Assembly: GCA_036677065.1 (NCBI GenBank)
Contig: JAKFBS010000011.1
Span: 32,001-96,000 of the forward strand
Length of the DNA: 64,000 nucleotides
Direction: 5' to 3'
Source: Bdellovibrio sp.
Lineage (GTDB): Bacteria; Bdellovibrionota; Bdellovibrionia; Bdellovibrionales; Bdellovibrionaceae
Below, piece after piece: positions 47,205 through 56,633 of this stretch (position 1 is its first letter; the number at the start of each line of letters is the position of its first letter). The position numbers and the translations under genes are program-made. The notes below the pieces were generated by a model. It ran no database searches, had not been told where the DNA came from, and saw nothing but the letters and a program-made list of their open reading frames with translations.

Positions 47205-48206
47205 TTAAGCTGTCTTTTTATTTTTGTCGAAAAGCGCAATAACTGAAGACTTTTCAAGTTTATGTAAACGGTCAAAACTAGGATCATAACAAACCACGCG
47301 GTTACGGCCTTGGTGTTTAGCTTCGTATAAGGCAGAATCCGCTCTGCGCACTAGTTCTTTGGCCGCAATAGAGACTGATGGATCGCCATCGTAAGTGGCA
47401 AAACCAATCGATAAAGTTAATTTAATTGAGTCAGGGCCTGAGCTAAACGTATGTTGCTCAACGCGATTACGTAGCTTTTCGCAGAAAAATCCAACACCAG
47501 ATAGTGGAATTTCTGATAACACGATTAAAAATTCATCACCGCCGTAGCGAGCTGGAATATCCACGGTGCGCGTGTTTTGGCGAATAATTTTACCCACTTC
47601 AGAAATAACAAAACTTCCGAATAAATGATCATGCCCATCATTCACAGATTTAAATTTATCCATGTCGATCATAATCACAGTCACTGGGCGAATAAAACGT
47701 TGAGCGCGTTCAATTTCAAATTCTAATTTTTGGTATAACGAGCGCGTATTGAATAATCCTGTCAGATCATCAATCTCGATCATTTCTTGTAATTTTTGAT
47801 TCGAAGCCATTAGCTCTTCTTGCATATCACGCATACGCAATTGCGTACGAACACGGGCCAAAAATTCCATAGGAACAAACGGCGAGCTGATAAAATCAGA
47901 AGCCCCTAAATCTAAAAATTGAGTGATTTTCTCAGTCGTTGGGTTCGTTGAAACCACAAGCACTGGAACTTTTTGCAGTGTCGAAAACAGATTATTTACG
48001 AAAATAAAGCCATTACCTTCAGCAAAATCCGGGTCTAAAATAATTAATTGCGGGCGCAGATAATTTAGCGCTTCAGTAGCTTCTTTTTCAGAAGTAAAGC
48101 CATGAACATCGTAGCCTTCCCAGCGAAGGGGTTCTACCATCAGTTCAAGCGTTGTTGGGTCCTCGTCTAGGACTAAAATGGGCCTCTGTTTTGGATCCTT
48201 TTTCAT
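47205..48206 (-). CDS. REC-GGDEF dinucleotide cyclase, Hypr type (DgcA/Bd0367-like)
   Basis: N-terminal REC; DDLTGL, DMDKFKSVNDGHDHLFGS, RTVD I-site, RYGGDEF. Confidence 0.9.
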   Translation of the reverse strand: MKKDPKQRPILVLDEDPTTLELMVEPLRWEGYDVHGFTSEKEATEALNYLRPQLIILDPDFAEGNGFIFVNNLFSTLQKVPVLVVSTNPTTEKITQFLDLGASDFISSPFVPMEFLARVRTQLRMRDMQEELMASNQKLQEMIEIDDLTGLFNTRSLYQKLEFEIERAQRFIRPVTVIMIDMDKFKSVNDGHDHLFGSFVISEVGKIIRQNTRTVDIPARYGGDEFLIVLSEIPLSGVGFFCEKLRNRVEQHTFSSGPDSIKLTLSIGFATYDGDPSVSIAAKELVRRADSALYEAKHQGRNRVVCYDPSFDRLHKLEKSSVIALFDKNKKTA

Positions 48207-48337
48207 AGATAAGTTATCGACACTAAAACGAACTTTCTAGAGACAAACCGCACCATTTTTTCGCAGTTTTTTAACAATTCTTCTCATTATGAGATTTTCG
48301 ATATAGTGTTATGTCTTGCCGGAGGCATGCAGAGTAT

Positions 48338-50731
48338 ATGAAACACAACGAAATCGAATCAAAATGGCAACAGGCCTGGACTAAAGCAGAAGCTTACAAG
48401 GCTGACAACAACTCGACCAAACCAAAATATTACGCGCTCGATATGTTCCCTTACCCGTCTGGATCAGGTTTACATATGGGTCACATCGCATCTTACACGC
48501 CGACAGATATTGTTTCTCGTTATAAAAGAGCGATGGGTTTTAATGTGTTACACCCTATGGGTTACGATGCTTTCGGTTTACCTGCAGAACAGTATGCCAT
48601 TCAAACTGGTGTGCATCCGGCGATCACAACGCAAAAATCAATCGAGAGTTTCAGAGCCACACTTCAGCGCTACGGATTTAGCTTTGACTGGTCACGCGAA
48701 ATTTCAACGTGCGATGAGAGCTATTACAAATGGACGCAATTTATCTTCTTAAAACTTTTTGAAAAAGGTTTAGCTTACCAAAAAGAAGTTCCGGTAAACT
48801 GGTGCCCCGCTTTAAAAACTGTTTTAGCCAACGATGAAGTGATTGATGGTAAATCAGAGCGCGGTGGCCACCCCGTCATCCGTAAACCAATGAAGCAGTG
48901 GATGTTAAAAATCACTGACTACGCAGAACGTTTATTGAATGACCTTGATAAAATCGACTGGCCCGAACGCACTAAAGAAGCACAACGTAACTGGATCGGC
49001 AAATCCGAAGGTGCAGTTGTAAAATTTAAAGTTAAAGGCTCTGAAGCCGACTTTGAAATCTTCACGACCCGCCCAGACACTATGTTTGGCGTGACGTTTA
49101 TGGTGTTAGCTCCAGAACATCCTTTAGTTAAAAAATTAACTTCTCCGGTGCAACAAAAAGATGTGGCTGATTATATCGAATCTTCTGCGAAAAAATCTGA
49201 AGTTGATCGCAAAGCCAACACTGAAAAAACAGGCGTCTTCACTGGCGGCTTTGCCGTAAACCCTGTAAGCGGCAAAGACATTCCCGTATGGATTGCAGAT
49301 TATGTGATGATGGATTACGGCACTGGCGCTATCATGGCAGTTCCTGGCCACGACGAGCGTGATTTTGAATTTGCGACCCAATTTAAAATTCCAATTGTGC
49401 GTGTTTTAGAATCAGACACTGATTTACCTTTCACTGGTGAAGGCAAATTAATGAATTCTGAGACACCAGAATTCAGCTTAAATGGCTTAACAAAAACTGA
49501 AGCCATTAAAAAGATGAATACTCATCTTGAAGAAAAAGGTTTGGGAAAAAAACAAGTTCAGTACAAACTGCGCGATTGGTTATTTTCGCGCCAACGTTAC
49601 TGGGGTGAACCGTTTCCAGTTTACCATGAAGATGGGCAAATCAAACCCATTCCGTTAAATGAACTTCCGGTGATTTTACCTCAGGTGGCGAATTACGAGC
49701 CTTCTGAAAAAGGTGAAGCTCCACTGGCGAACAACAAAGACTGGGTTAAATACGGTAAAGGCCACCGCGAAACCGACACTATGCCTGGGGCTGCGGGCTC
49801 TTCATGGTATTTCTTGCGCTATGCTGATCCACATAATACGACAGCGCCATTTTCTGCTGAAGCGATCAAGTACTGGTTACCCGTAGATCTTTATGTTGGC
49901 GGTGCCGAACATACCGTAGGTCATTTATTATATTCACGTTTTTGGACGAAGGTGCTTTTTGATGTCGGCTTATGTTCTGTTGATGAACCGTTTAAAAAAT
50001 TGGCTCACCAAGGAATGATTTTAGGACCAGATGGTGAAAAAATGTCAAAATCACGCGGCAATGTGATTCCTGCCGATGATGTGGCTAAAGAAACTGGTGT
50101 TGATGCTTTACGCTGCTACGTTAGCTTCTTGGGGCCAATGGATAAAGATAAACCTTGGTCAGAAACCGGCATCGATGGCGTTCGCAGATTCTTAGACCGC
50201 CTTCAACGTTTGGCCGTCAACGAGCAAACTGGCGAAGTGATCGCTACAGATGCCGCCCTGCCAGCAGAAGTTGAAAAATTATTACACAAAACGATCAAAA
50301 AAGTTTCGCAAGATATCGAAGCATTAAATTTCAACACCTGCATCAGTTCGATGATGATTCTGGTCAACGAACTTTATAAACACGAATGCAGATCGAAAAA
50401 AGCGTTGTTGCCATTAGCCCAATTATTACAGCCATTTGCTCCGCATATCGCTGAAGAAATCTGGCATTTATTAGGTGGCGCAGGCTTAGTCGTGACGGCT
50501 CCGTGGCCAAAATTCGATCCCGCACTTTGCCAAGACGACACAGTCACCATGGGCGTTCAAGTGAACGGCAAAATGCGTGGCACGGTAGAACTAGCTGTAG
50601 CCGCTGACGAAGCCACCGCGGTGGCGGAGGCACTAAAAATCGCTGCTGTAGCTCAAGCCCTAAACGGCGCTGCTCCCGCAAAAGTGATTTACAAAGCTGG
50701 CAAAATTTTAAATCTAATCGCCGGTAAATAA
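48338..50731 (+). CDS. leuS: Leucine--tRNA ligase
   Basis: MFPYPSG..HMGH, FTTRPDT, SRQRYWG, KMSKS. Confidence 0.98.
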   Translation: MKHNEIESKWQQAWTKAEAYKADNNSTKPKYYALDMFPYPSGSGLHMGHIASYTPTDIVSRYKRAMGFNVLHPMGYDAFGLPAEQYAIQTGVHPAITTQKSIESFRATLQRYGFSFDWSREISTCDESYYKWTQFIFLKLFEKGLAYQKEVPVNWCPALKTVLANDEVIDGKSERGGHPVIRKPMKQWMLKITDYAERLLNDLDKIDWPERTKEAQRNWIGKSEGAVVKFKVKGSEADFEIFTTRPDTMFGVTFMVLAPEHPLVKKLTSPVQQKDVADYIESSAKKSEVDRKANTEKTGVFTGGFAVNPVSGKDIPVWIADYVMMDYGTGAIMAVPGHDERDFEFATQFKIPIVRVLESDTDLPFTGEGKLMNSETPEFSLNGLTKTEAIKKMNTHLEEKGLGKKQVQYKLRDWLFSRQRYWGEPFPVYHEDGQIKPIPLNELPVILPQVANYEPSEKGEAPLANNKDWVKYGKGHRETDTMPGAAGSSWYFLRYADPHNTTAPFSAEAIKYWLPVDLYVGGAEHTVGHLLYSRFWTKVLFDVGLCSVDEPFKKLAHQGMILGPDGEKMSKSRGNVIPADDVAKETGVDALRCYVSFLGPMDKDKPWSETGIDGVRRFLDRLQRLAVNEQTGEVIATDAALPAEVEKLLHKTIKKVSQDIEALNFNTCISSMMILVNELYKHECRSKKALLPLAQLLQPFAPHIAEEIWHLLGGAGLVVTAPWPKFDPALCQDDTVTMGVQVNGKMRGTVELAVAADEATAVAEALKIAAVAQALNGAAPAKVIYKAGKILNLIAGK

Positions 50732-50735
50732 TTTA

Positions 50736-50785
50736 TTGCACCCCCCTAAAAAAACTGTATAAAAAAGTATTAATTTTTTAGGGGG
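50736..50785 (+). promoter_or_regulatory. speA promoter-like sequence plus SD-sequestering inverted repeat
   Basis: TTGCAC-N16-TATAAA; arms CCCCCTAAAAAA (50742-50753) and TTTTTTAGGGGG (50774-50785). Confidence 0.45.
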
Positions 50786-50789
50786 TTTC

Positions 50790-52754
50790 ATGGAAACAGT
50801 TCCGTCGTCGTCATCGACACCTTTACAAACTTTTGCTTACTCAAAAGAAGCTTCTTGGAGCCCTGAAAAAAGTGCTGCCCTGTACGGAATCAATAACTGG
50901 GGTAACGGTTATTTTCGCGTAAACAATAACGGTAACGTTGCGGTAACTCCTTTTTCTGAAAAAGGCCCTTCAGTTGACCTTTATGAGTTAACTCAAGAAT
51001 TACAAGATCGCGGTATTCGCGTACCGATCATGATTCGTTTTCCAGATATTATTAACCAACGCGTGCAATTGATTCACTCATGCTTTAACAAAGCGATGAC
51101 TGAATACAGCTACAAAGGCCAATTTTGCGGCGTTTACCCAATCAAAGTAAACCAACAGCGCCACCTGGTTCAGGAATTAGTGCGTTTTGGTAAAAACTGT
51201 AAACTTGGTTTAGAGTGCGGTTCTAAACCAGAATTATTAGTGGTTCTTTCACTCATGAACACTCCAGATGCAGTGATCGTATGTAACGGCTTCAAAGATG
51301 CTGAATATATCGAAACTGCATTACTAGCGCAAAAATTAGGTCGTCAAATTATCATCGTTGTCGATCGTAAAGATGAATTAAAACTCATCATGGATGCGGC
51401 AAAAAAATTATCTATTAAACCAAAAATTGGTTTCCGCGCGAAATTAAACACGCAAGGTGCCGGTAAATGGGTTGATTCAGCCGGCGCTCGTTCTAAATTC
51501 GGTTTAACTGCGGCTGAAATCGTTGAAGGCGTAGAAACGCTTCGCAATGCTGGCATGTTAGATTGTTTAGAATTACTTCACTATCATATCGGCTCACAGG
51601 TTCCGTCGATCCAGTCTATTAAATCTTCACTAAAAGAAGCCGCTCGCTTCTACGTTGAATTACATAACTTAGGTGCAAACCTTAAGTATATCGATGTGGG
51701 TGGCGGTCTTGGTGTGGATTACGATGGCTCAGGTCACTCTGACTCTTCAGTAAACTACTCTGAGCAAGAGTACGCTAACGACGTGGTATCTACGATTCAA
51801 ACACTTTGTGATGAAAAAAATATTCCACATCCAAACATCATCACAGAATCAGGCCGTGCGTTAGTAGCGCATCACTCGATTTTAATTTTTAACGTGATGG
51901 GCGTAAATAATCTTTACCGCCAACAACCACCAAATCCTGCAACTAAAAAAGATCCATCAATCATGCAGGATCTTCAGTACATCTTTGAAAAGTTAACTCC
52001 TGAAAATCTTAATGAGTGTTTCAATGATACTATGCAGGCGAAAAACGAGATCTTAAATTTATTCACTTACGGTGTATTAAATTTAACTCAACGTGCTTGG
52101 TGCGAAAACATGCACTTCACAATCGCTACTAAGATGTTAGAACTTGCGCGCAGAACACCTGATTGCGAAGACATCGTCGAGCAATTACGTGAAGAGCTTT
52201 GCGATACTTATTTCTGTAACTTCTCGGTGTTCCAATCAGTTCCGGATTCTTGGGCTGTGGGCCAGTTGTTTCCAGTAATGCCAATTCACAATCTTTCTCA
52301 AGAACCACACCATGAAGCAACAATTGCTGACTTAACATGTGATTCTGACGGTAAGATCGAAAAATTCATCGACACTGAAACTGGCGAATTCAAAAAGACA
52401 TTAAGAATTCACCCGTTCAAAGAAGGTGATCCTCCATATTTCTTAGGAATATTTTTAACAGGGGCTTACCAAGAGATCTTAGGCGATTTACATAATTTAT
52501 TCGGCGACACCGATGCGGTTCACATTTCAATCCACGAATCTGGTTACACCGTAGATCACTACGTACCAGGCGATACTGTGACTGAAGTATTAAGTTACGT
52601 TCAGTACGGCCGCGCAGAAATGGTTGATAGCGTTCGTCAATACACTGAAGAATCAATCGCTTCAGGTGGTATTACTAAGTTAGAAGCTAAAGCCTTACTT
52701 AAACACTACGAAGAAGGTTTATCAGGCTACACTTACTTAGAAGAGATGGAATAA
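50790..52754 (+). CDS. speA: Biosynthetic arginine decarboxylase
   Basis: YPIKVNQ (PLP Lys), HIGSQ, DVGGGLGVDYDG, TCDSDG, HNLFG. Confidence 0.96.
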   Translation: METVPSSSSTPLQTFAYSKEASWSPEKSAALYGINNWGNGYFRVNNNGNVAVTPFSEKGPSVDLYELTQELQDRGIRVPIMIRFPDIINQRVQLIHSCFNKAMTEYSYKGQFCGVYPIKVNQQRHLVQELVRFGKNCKLGLECGSKPELLVVLSLMNTPDAVIVCNGFKDAEYIETALLAQKLGRQIIIVVDRKDELKLIMDAAKKLSIKPKIGFRAKLNTQGAGKWVDSAGARSKFGLTAAEIVEGVETLRNAGMLDCLELLHYHIGSQVPSIQSIKSSLKEAARFYVELHNLGANLKYIDVGGGLGVDYDGSGHSDSSVNYSEQEYANDVVSTIQTLCDEKNIPHPNIITESGRALVAHHSILIFNVMGVNNLYRQQPPNPATKKDPSIMQDLQYIFEKLTPENLNECFNDTMQAKNEILNLFTYGVLNLTQRAWCENMHFTIATKMLELARRTPDCEDIVEQLREELCDTYFCNFSVFQSVPDSWAVGQLFPVMPIHNLSQEPHHEATIADLTCDSDGKIEKFIDTETGEFKKTLRIHPFKEGDPPYFLGIFLTGAYQEILGDLHNLFGDTDAVHISIHESGYTVDHYVPGDTVTEVLSYVQYGRAEMVDSVRQYTEESIASGGITKLEAKALLKHYEEGLSGYTYLEEME

Positions 52755-52796
52755 TTTTTCAGATGCCAGGCCCTGTTCCTGGCAACGAGGCGTCAA

Positions 52797-53174
52797 ATGA
52801 ATACAAGTAAAAAAGTTTTCGCGACTTTAAGTTTATTAGTTGCAGCTGTTGTTACAGTTGCAACGTCTCAACAAGAAGAAACTGAATACTCTTATTTTGG
52901 CGCTGCTTCAAACTGCCCTAACAGAACAGTAACGAATCAGGCGATTAGCACTGCATATGGTTCAATTGTTACACCTGAAGGCATGACCTTTGTTGATTTA
53001 GGCCTGCCAAAAACCACACTGGATATTCCAGCTGAAACTATAGTTTCAGGCACTATTGCTGGTGGTTTAACTCGCGTTTGCACGTACTCATTAAATACAA
53101 CCAGCGGCACATTACACGTGTATAGTTGTTCAGATAACAACAACCCTGTTTGCGCAGTTACCTTTACTCCGTAA
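52797..53174 (+). CDS. Hypothetical exported protein
   Basis: GAGG SD; signal-like N-terminus; four Cys. Confidence 0.6.
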   Translation: MNTSKKVFATLSLLVAAVVTVATSQQEETEYSYFGAASNCPNRTVTNQAISTAYGSIVTPEGMTFVDLGLPKTTLDIPAETIVSGTIAGGLTRVCTYSLNTTSGTLHVYSCSDNNNPVCAVTFTP

Positions 53175-53586
53175 TAAAAAATCTACGGCCAAAGAAATAA
53201 CACGCAAGACTTATGCTTAGGGCGATCAAGTCTGTGGGATCACTAGTAATGGCAATCGCAAATACATGATCCGAAAACCACTGCACGAATAAGTCTTTAA
53301 CAGCTGAATTTAATTTCATTACACAAAACACGGCGTCAGTTAAGACTATCGCTGTTAACAATAACCCGCGATTAAAAACAAAGTCTTTACGAAACAACCG
53401 CACTAGCAACACGACAACAGCACACAGAAATAACGGAAAATAAAATAACCCCGTAAAATCCGAAAGTTTACCGGTAATCATTCCAGGAAATTGATATTTT
53501 AAATAATGATCATTCACCGCTGTAAGAACCACAGCCAACAGTGGCAACGGATGAATAAAAAAATGAATCGGCTTAAATGAGTTCAC
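53164..53586 (-). CDS. Hypothetical membrane protein
   Basis: NDHYLK..TGKLSDFTGL..DPTDLIAL; several TMs. Confidence 0.7.
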   Translation of the reverse strand: MNSFKPIHFFIHPLPLLAVVLTAVNDHYLKYQFPGMITGKLSDFTGLFYFPLFLCAVVVLLVRLFRKDFVFNRGLLLTAIVLTDAVFCVMKLNSAVKDLFVQWFSDHVFAIAITSDPTDLIALSISLACYFFGRRFFITE

Positions 53587-53617
53587 GTATAAAACTATAA
53601 CACTGAACCGCTAAAAT

Positions 53618-53647
53618 AAAAAAGGCCGATCCTAAGATCAGCCTTTT
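53618..53647 (-). terminator. Rho-independent terminator
   Basis: Minus strand AAAAGGCTGATC-TTAG-GATCGGCCTTTTTT. Confidence 0.7.
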
Positions 53648-53674
53648 CAAAAATTTCGAATGTTAATTCAAAAA

Positions 53675-55051
53675 TTATTTTTTATCGAAGAATGTAGCGC
53701 GTGTGAATGAAGTCACATCAACGATACGGCCTAAACCTAAATCTACACGAATAGAATTAGCCGATAAATTTAATAATTCGCCGTCATTAGTTAAGCCAAC
53801 CATAGTGCCAGCTGCTTTATGAATACGTTTTACGTCTGCATCAACGGCTACGTTGTTAGCAGCAGTAATTTTACCAGTCGTGCCTTCACAAGAGATTTTT
53901 ACTACACCTTTAGTTGTATTAACATAAGCGTAGTTTTTCTCTGGAGTGTAACCTTCTGTGTAAACGATTGATAAGGCTTCACCACCACCAAGCTGAACTT
54001 CGTTAGCTTGAGCTGGGTTTTGACGTTTATCACAGAAAAATTTAACTTTAGTTTTTTCTACACGAGCATTCCATGTCCATGCGAAGTAATAATCAACAAC
54101 GTTTGCACGAGTAGCCACATTGTCATTGTATTCGCCAGAAAGTGGAGAAATTTCGCCAGTCTGGAAAATTCTAGACATAGCTAAGTTTTTATCTTCAGGA
54201 ATGAAAACTAAACCCATTTTGCTTTTTGCAAAATGACCGTAGTTTTCAGTTTTACCGATTAAGTTAGCTGTTTTTAGCTTAGCATCGATTTGGTACATTT
54301 CACGATCAGCAGTTAAAGCCAAGAAAGCTTCTTCTTTATTGATAGTCACTGGAGTTTGGAATGCTTCAGCAGCGTAAATTAAAGATGATGCTTGAGCTAA
54401 TGCACGGTGTGCAGGGTGAATGTCTTTACCGTAAGCGCCAAGTTGTGCGTAAGTTTCAACTGTTACAGCGTATGAACCTGCATCAGAGATTTTTTTATCA
54501 CAAGCGCCGTTTAAGCCAGCACGAGGACCTTGCGAACAAGTTACGTGTGGGTAACCTTCGATGTGACGTGCTTCATGCATAAATACAGAAGCTAAATCAA
54601 GCGGAGTAAATGCAGGCGTTAAAGCCATCGGGCAAACGTGCATTGTGTTTTGGTGAAAAAATCCGTAAACGAAAGCGATCACACCTTGTGGACAAGATTT
54701 TTCGATAGCGAAAGTTTTTACTAAGTTAGTTGTGTATTTATACCAGTCACCAGCAAAAGTGCCTTTGAATAAATCATCAGGGCTATTTGTCATAGGCTGA
54801 GTGAATTGCACTTTACGGATGTAGTGGATACCCGCAAGTAAGTAAGCTTCTTCTGAACCATCATTGCAATATTCTTTGCCTGATAATTTGGCGAATTGTT
54901 TAAAATCTTTCGCGATTTGAGTCATGTCTGCTGCAGGAATACAGCTGCCTGCATCTGTGCCTGGAGTTGGCTCTGTGATTGGGCCGATGCCGATTTGAGC
55001 TTGTGCTGATAAAGAAAAACCAAGCACTACTGCTAATAATAATTGTTTCAT
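53675..55051 (-). CDS. Secreted protein with HExxH motif, putative zinc metalloprotease
   Basis: Signal peptide; ASVFMHEARH; Cys pairs; beta-rich C-half. Confidence 0.65.
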   Translation of the reverse strand: MKQLLLAVVLGFSLSAQAQIGIGPITEPTPGTDAGSCIPAADMTQIAKDFKQFAKLSGKEYCNDGSEEAYLLAGIHYIRKVQFTQPMTNSPDDLFKGTFAGDWYKYTTNLVKTFAIEKSCPQGVIAFVYGFFHQNTMHVCPMALTPAFTPLDLASVFMHEARHIEGYPHVTCSQGPRAGLNGACDKKISDAGSYAVTVETYAQLGAYGKDIHPAHRALAQASSLIYAAEAFQTPVTINKEEAFLALTADREMYQIDAKLKTANLIGKTENYGHFAKSKMGLVFIPEDKNLAMSRIFQTGEISPLSGEYNDNVATRANVVDYYFAWTWNARVEKTKVKFFCDKRQNPAQANEVQLGGGEALSIVYTEGYTPEKNYAYVNTTKGVVKISCEGTTGKITAANNVAVDADVKRIHKAAGTMVGLTNDGELLNLSANSIRVDLGLGRIVDVTSFTRATFFDKK

Positions 55052-55122
55052 GTGACTGCCCCCCTTGGTGTCGCCAAAGAGTTCACCCCAAAATGGAACC
55101 AGTTTCAACAAGATTTCGTTAG

Positions 55123-55863
55123 TTATTTAGAGATTTCTTTGAGTTTATTCTCAGCGTAATTCTTAACACTAAGATCTTTTACACTGCGGCTTAGTTTTGT
55201 CAGCTCAGCTAGGGCCTTATTCGCTGCCGCAACATCATCGCCTCGTGCTAAATCGGCAAGGCGATTAATTGCTAAAATGCGTAACGCGCGCTCTTGCACT
55301 TGCTGCGTCTCAGCCAAACTATGAGCTTCGGGCTTACCATCAAGCTTAATCGGGCTCAGAACTAACGCAGAAAGATCGGCCACATTCGCATAACCTGCAT
55401 AACCTAATAAATAGGCCGCAAGAATTCGGTCATTCACATTCGGAGACTTCGTGCGAGCCACCACTGCCAATTGCTTAAATTGTGCTGGCGTCATCTTACC
55501 TGTTATCTGCAGATAACGTTGCTGCACGACTTCTTCATTTACATTGTACTGATTCATTAATTTTACTTCAGAATCAAACCACTCTTTAAATTGAGTTGGC
55601 GTTACTGCCGACGGATCAAAAGCAGGCAGAGCTGCCTGAGCCGCTGCTGCTGTGGCTGAAATCGCATGAGCTTCAGCAGCTCCTGCAAAACCACCCGTTT
55701 GTTTTTTGCCTTTGATTTTTTCACTGACCGCCGCGGTTACAGATTCGATTTCATGCATTGGTGTGCGGCCAAATAGAATCCAATCAACTAAAGCCAGCAA
55801 TACGACTAAGATTAAAAAGCCAAAGAATAATTTTTTATTAAACCACTCACTGGAAAATTTCAT
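55123..55863 (-). CDS. Hypothetical membrane-anchored helical protein
   Basis: N-terminal TM; HEAT-like helices; overlaps the upstream gene. Confidence 0.65.
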   Translation of the reverse strand: MKFSSEWFNKKLFFGFLILVVLLALVDWILFGRTPMHEIESVTAAVSEKIKGKKQTGGFAGAAEAHAISATAAAAQAALPAFDPSAVTPTQFKEWFDSEVKLMNQYNVNEEVVQQRYLQITGKMTPAQFKQLAVVARTKSPNVNDRILAAYLLGYAGYANVADLSALVLSPIKLDGKPEAHSLAETQQVQERALRILAINRLADLARGDDVAAANKALAELTKLSRSVKDLSVKNYAENKLKEISK

Positions 55864-56629
55864 ATTTTACCTCGGCCCAATATTCAAAGGCCTTTAAATC
55901 TTCGGGAGTTCCCCATTGAAAGAATTTATTAATTTCATAAGCGTGAACTTTTAAACCAGGGCGCACATTCATTAAGGCTTTAGCCGCAAGCGAAGTAAAA
56001 AATTCGCCGTTCCAACTTAACTTTTGTTTTTGCTGTTCGATCAGCGCTTCTTTTAAAAGTTTTGCGCTCTTAAAATAATAACCACCGGTTGAGGCAAAAT
56101 CATCTTCGCGGTTTTTTGAAAACGATTCTTTTTCTTTAATATCTAAAATCTGATGGCCTTCGGTTTTAGCGTAACAATACATATTGCTTGTCAGATAATG
56201 CGCGTGAAATCCGCGGTAACCGATAAAACAAATATCTGAATCGTTTGTATTTACAAAATTTAAAAAATGGTCTGGATTCCAAACTTGACCGTAATCACAG
56301 TAAGTCACAAATACTGGTTGATCAGCGTGGATTAATTCTAAACCTGCAATTACCGTTTGCATTGGTCCGCCATTATTAGGCGCAATTTCTGCAAAACGAA
56401 CATCATTGCGTTCGCCTTCGATAAATTGAATATGATTTTTTGTGTAATCTTGGTTATTCAACACACAAACTGTTGGCCAAGTTTGCGGAAACAGATCAAG
56501 CACACGCTTGACCATTGGTTTTCCTAAGACATTGACGAAGGGTTTTGGTTCGGTGTAGCCCGCTTGGCGAAAGCGAAGTCCTCTTCCGCCCATGGTCACT
56601 AATACTACGGGGCGACTCTCGCTCTCCAT
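55847..56629 (-). CDS. NTP transferase / sugar-nucleotidyltransferase family protein
   Basis: TMGGRGLRF..YTEPKPFV, YCD, KEK, WGTPEDL. Confidence 0.8.
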   Translation of the reverse strand: MESESRPVVLVTMGGRGLRFRQAGYTEPKPFVNVLGKPMVKRVLDLFPQTWPTVCVLNNQDYTKNHIQFIEGERNDVRFAEIAPNNGGPMQTVIAGLELIHADQPVFVTYCDYGQVWNPDHFLNFVNTNDSDICFIGYRGFHAHYLTSNMYCYAKTEGHQILDIKEKESFSKNREDDFASTGGYYFKSAKLLKEALIEQQKQKLSWNGEFFTSLAAKALMNVRPGLKVHAYEINKFFQWGTPEDLKAFEYWAEVKYEIFQ

Positions 56630-56633
56630 AGAA

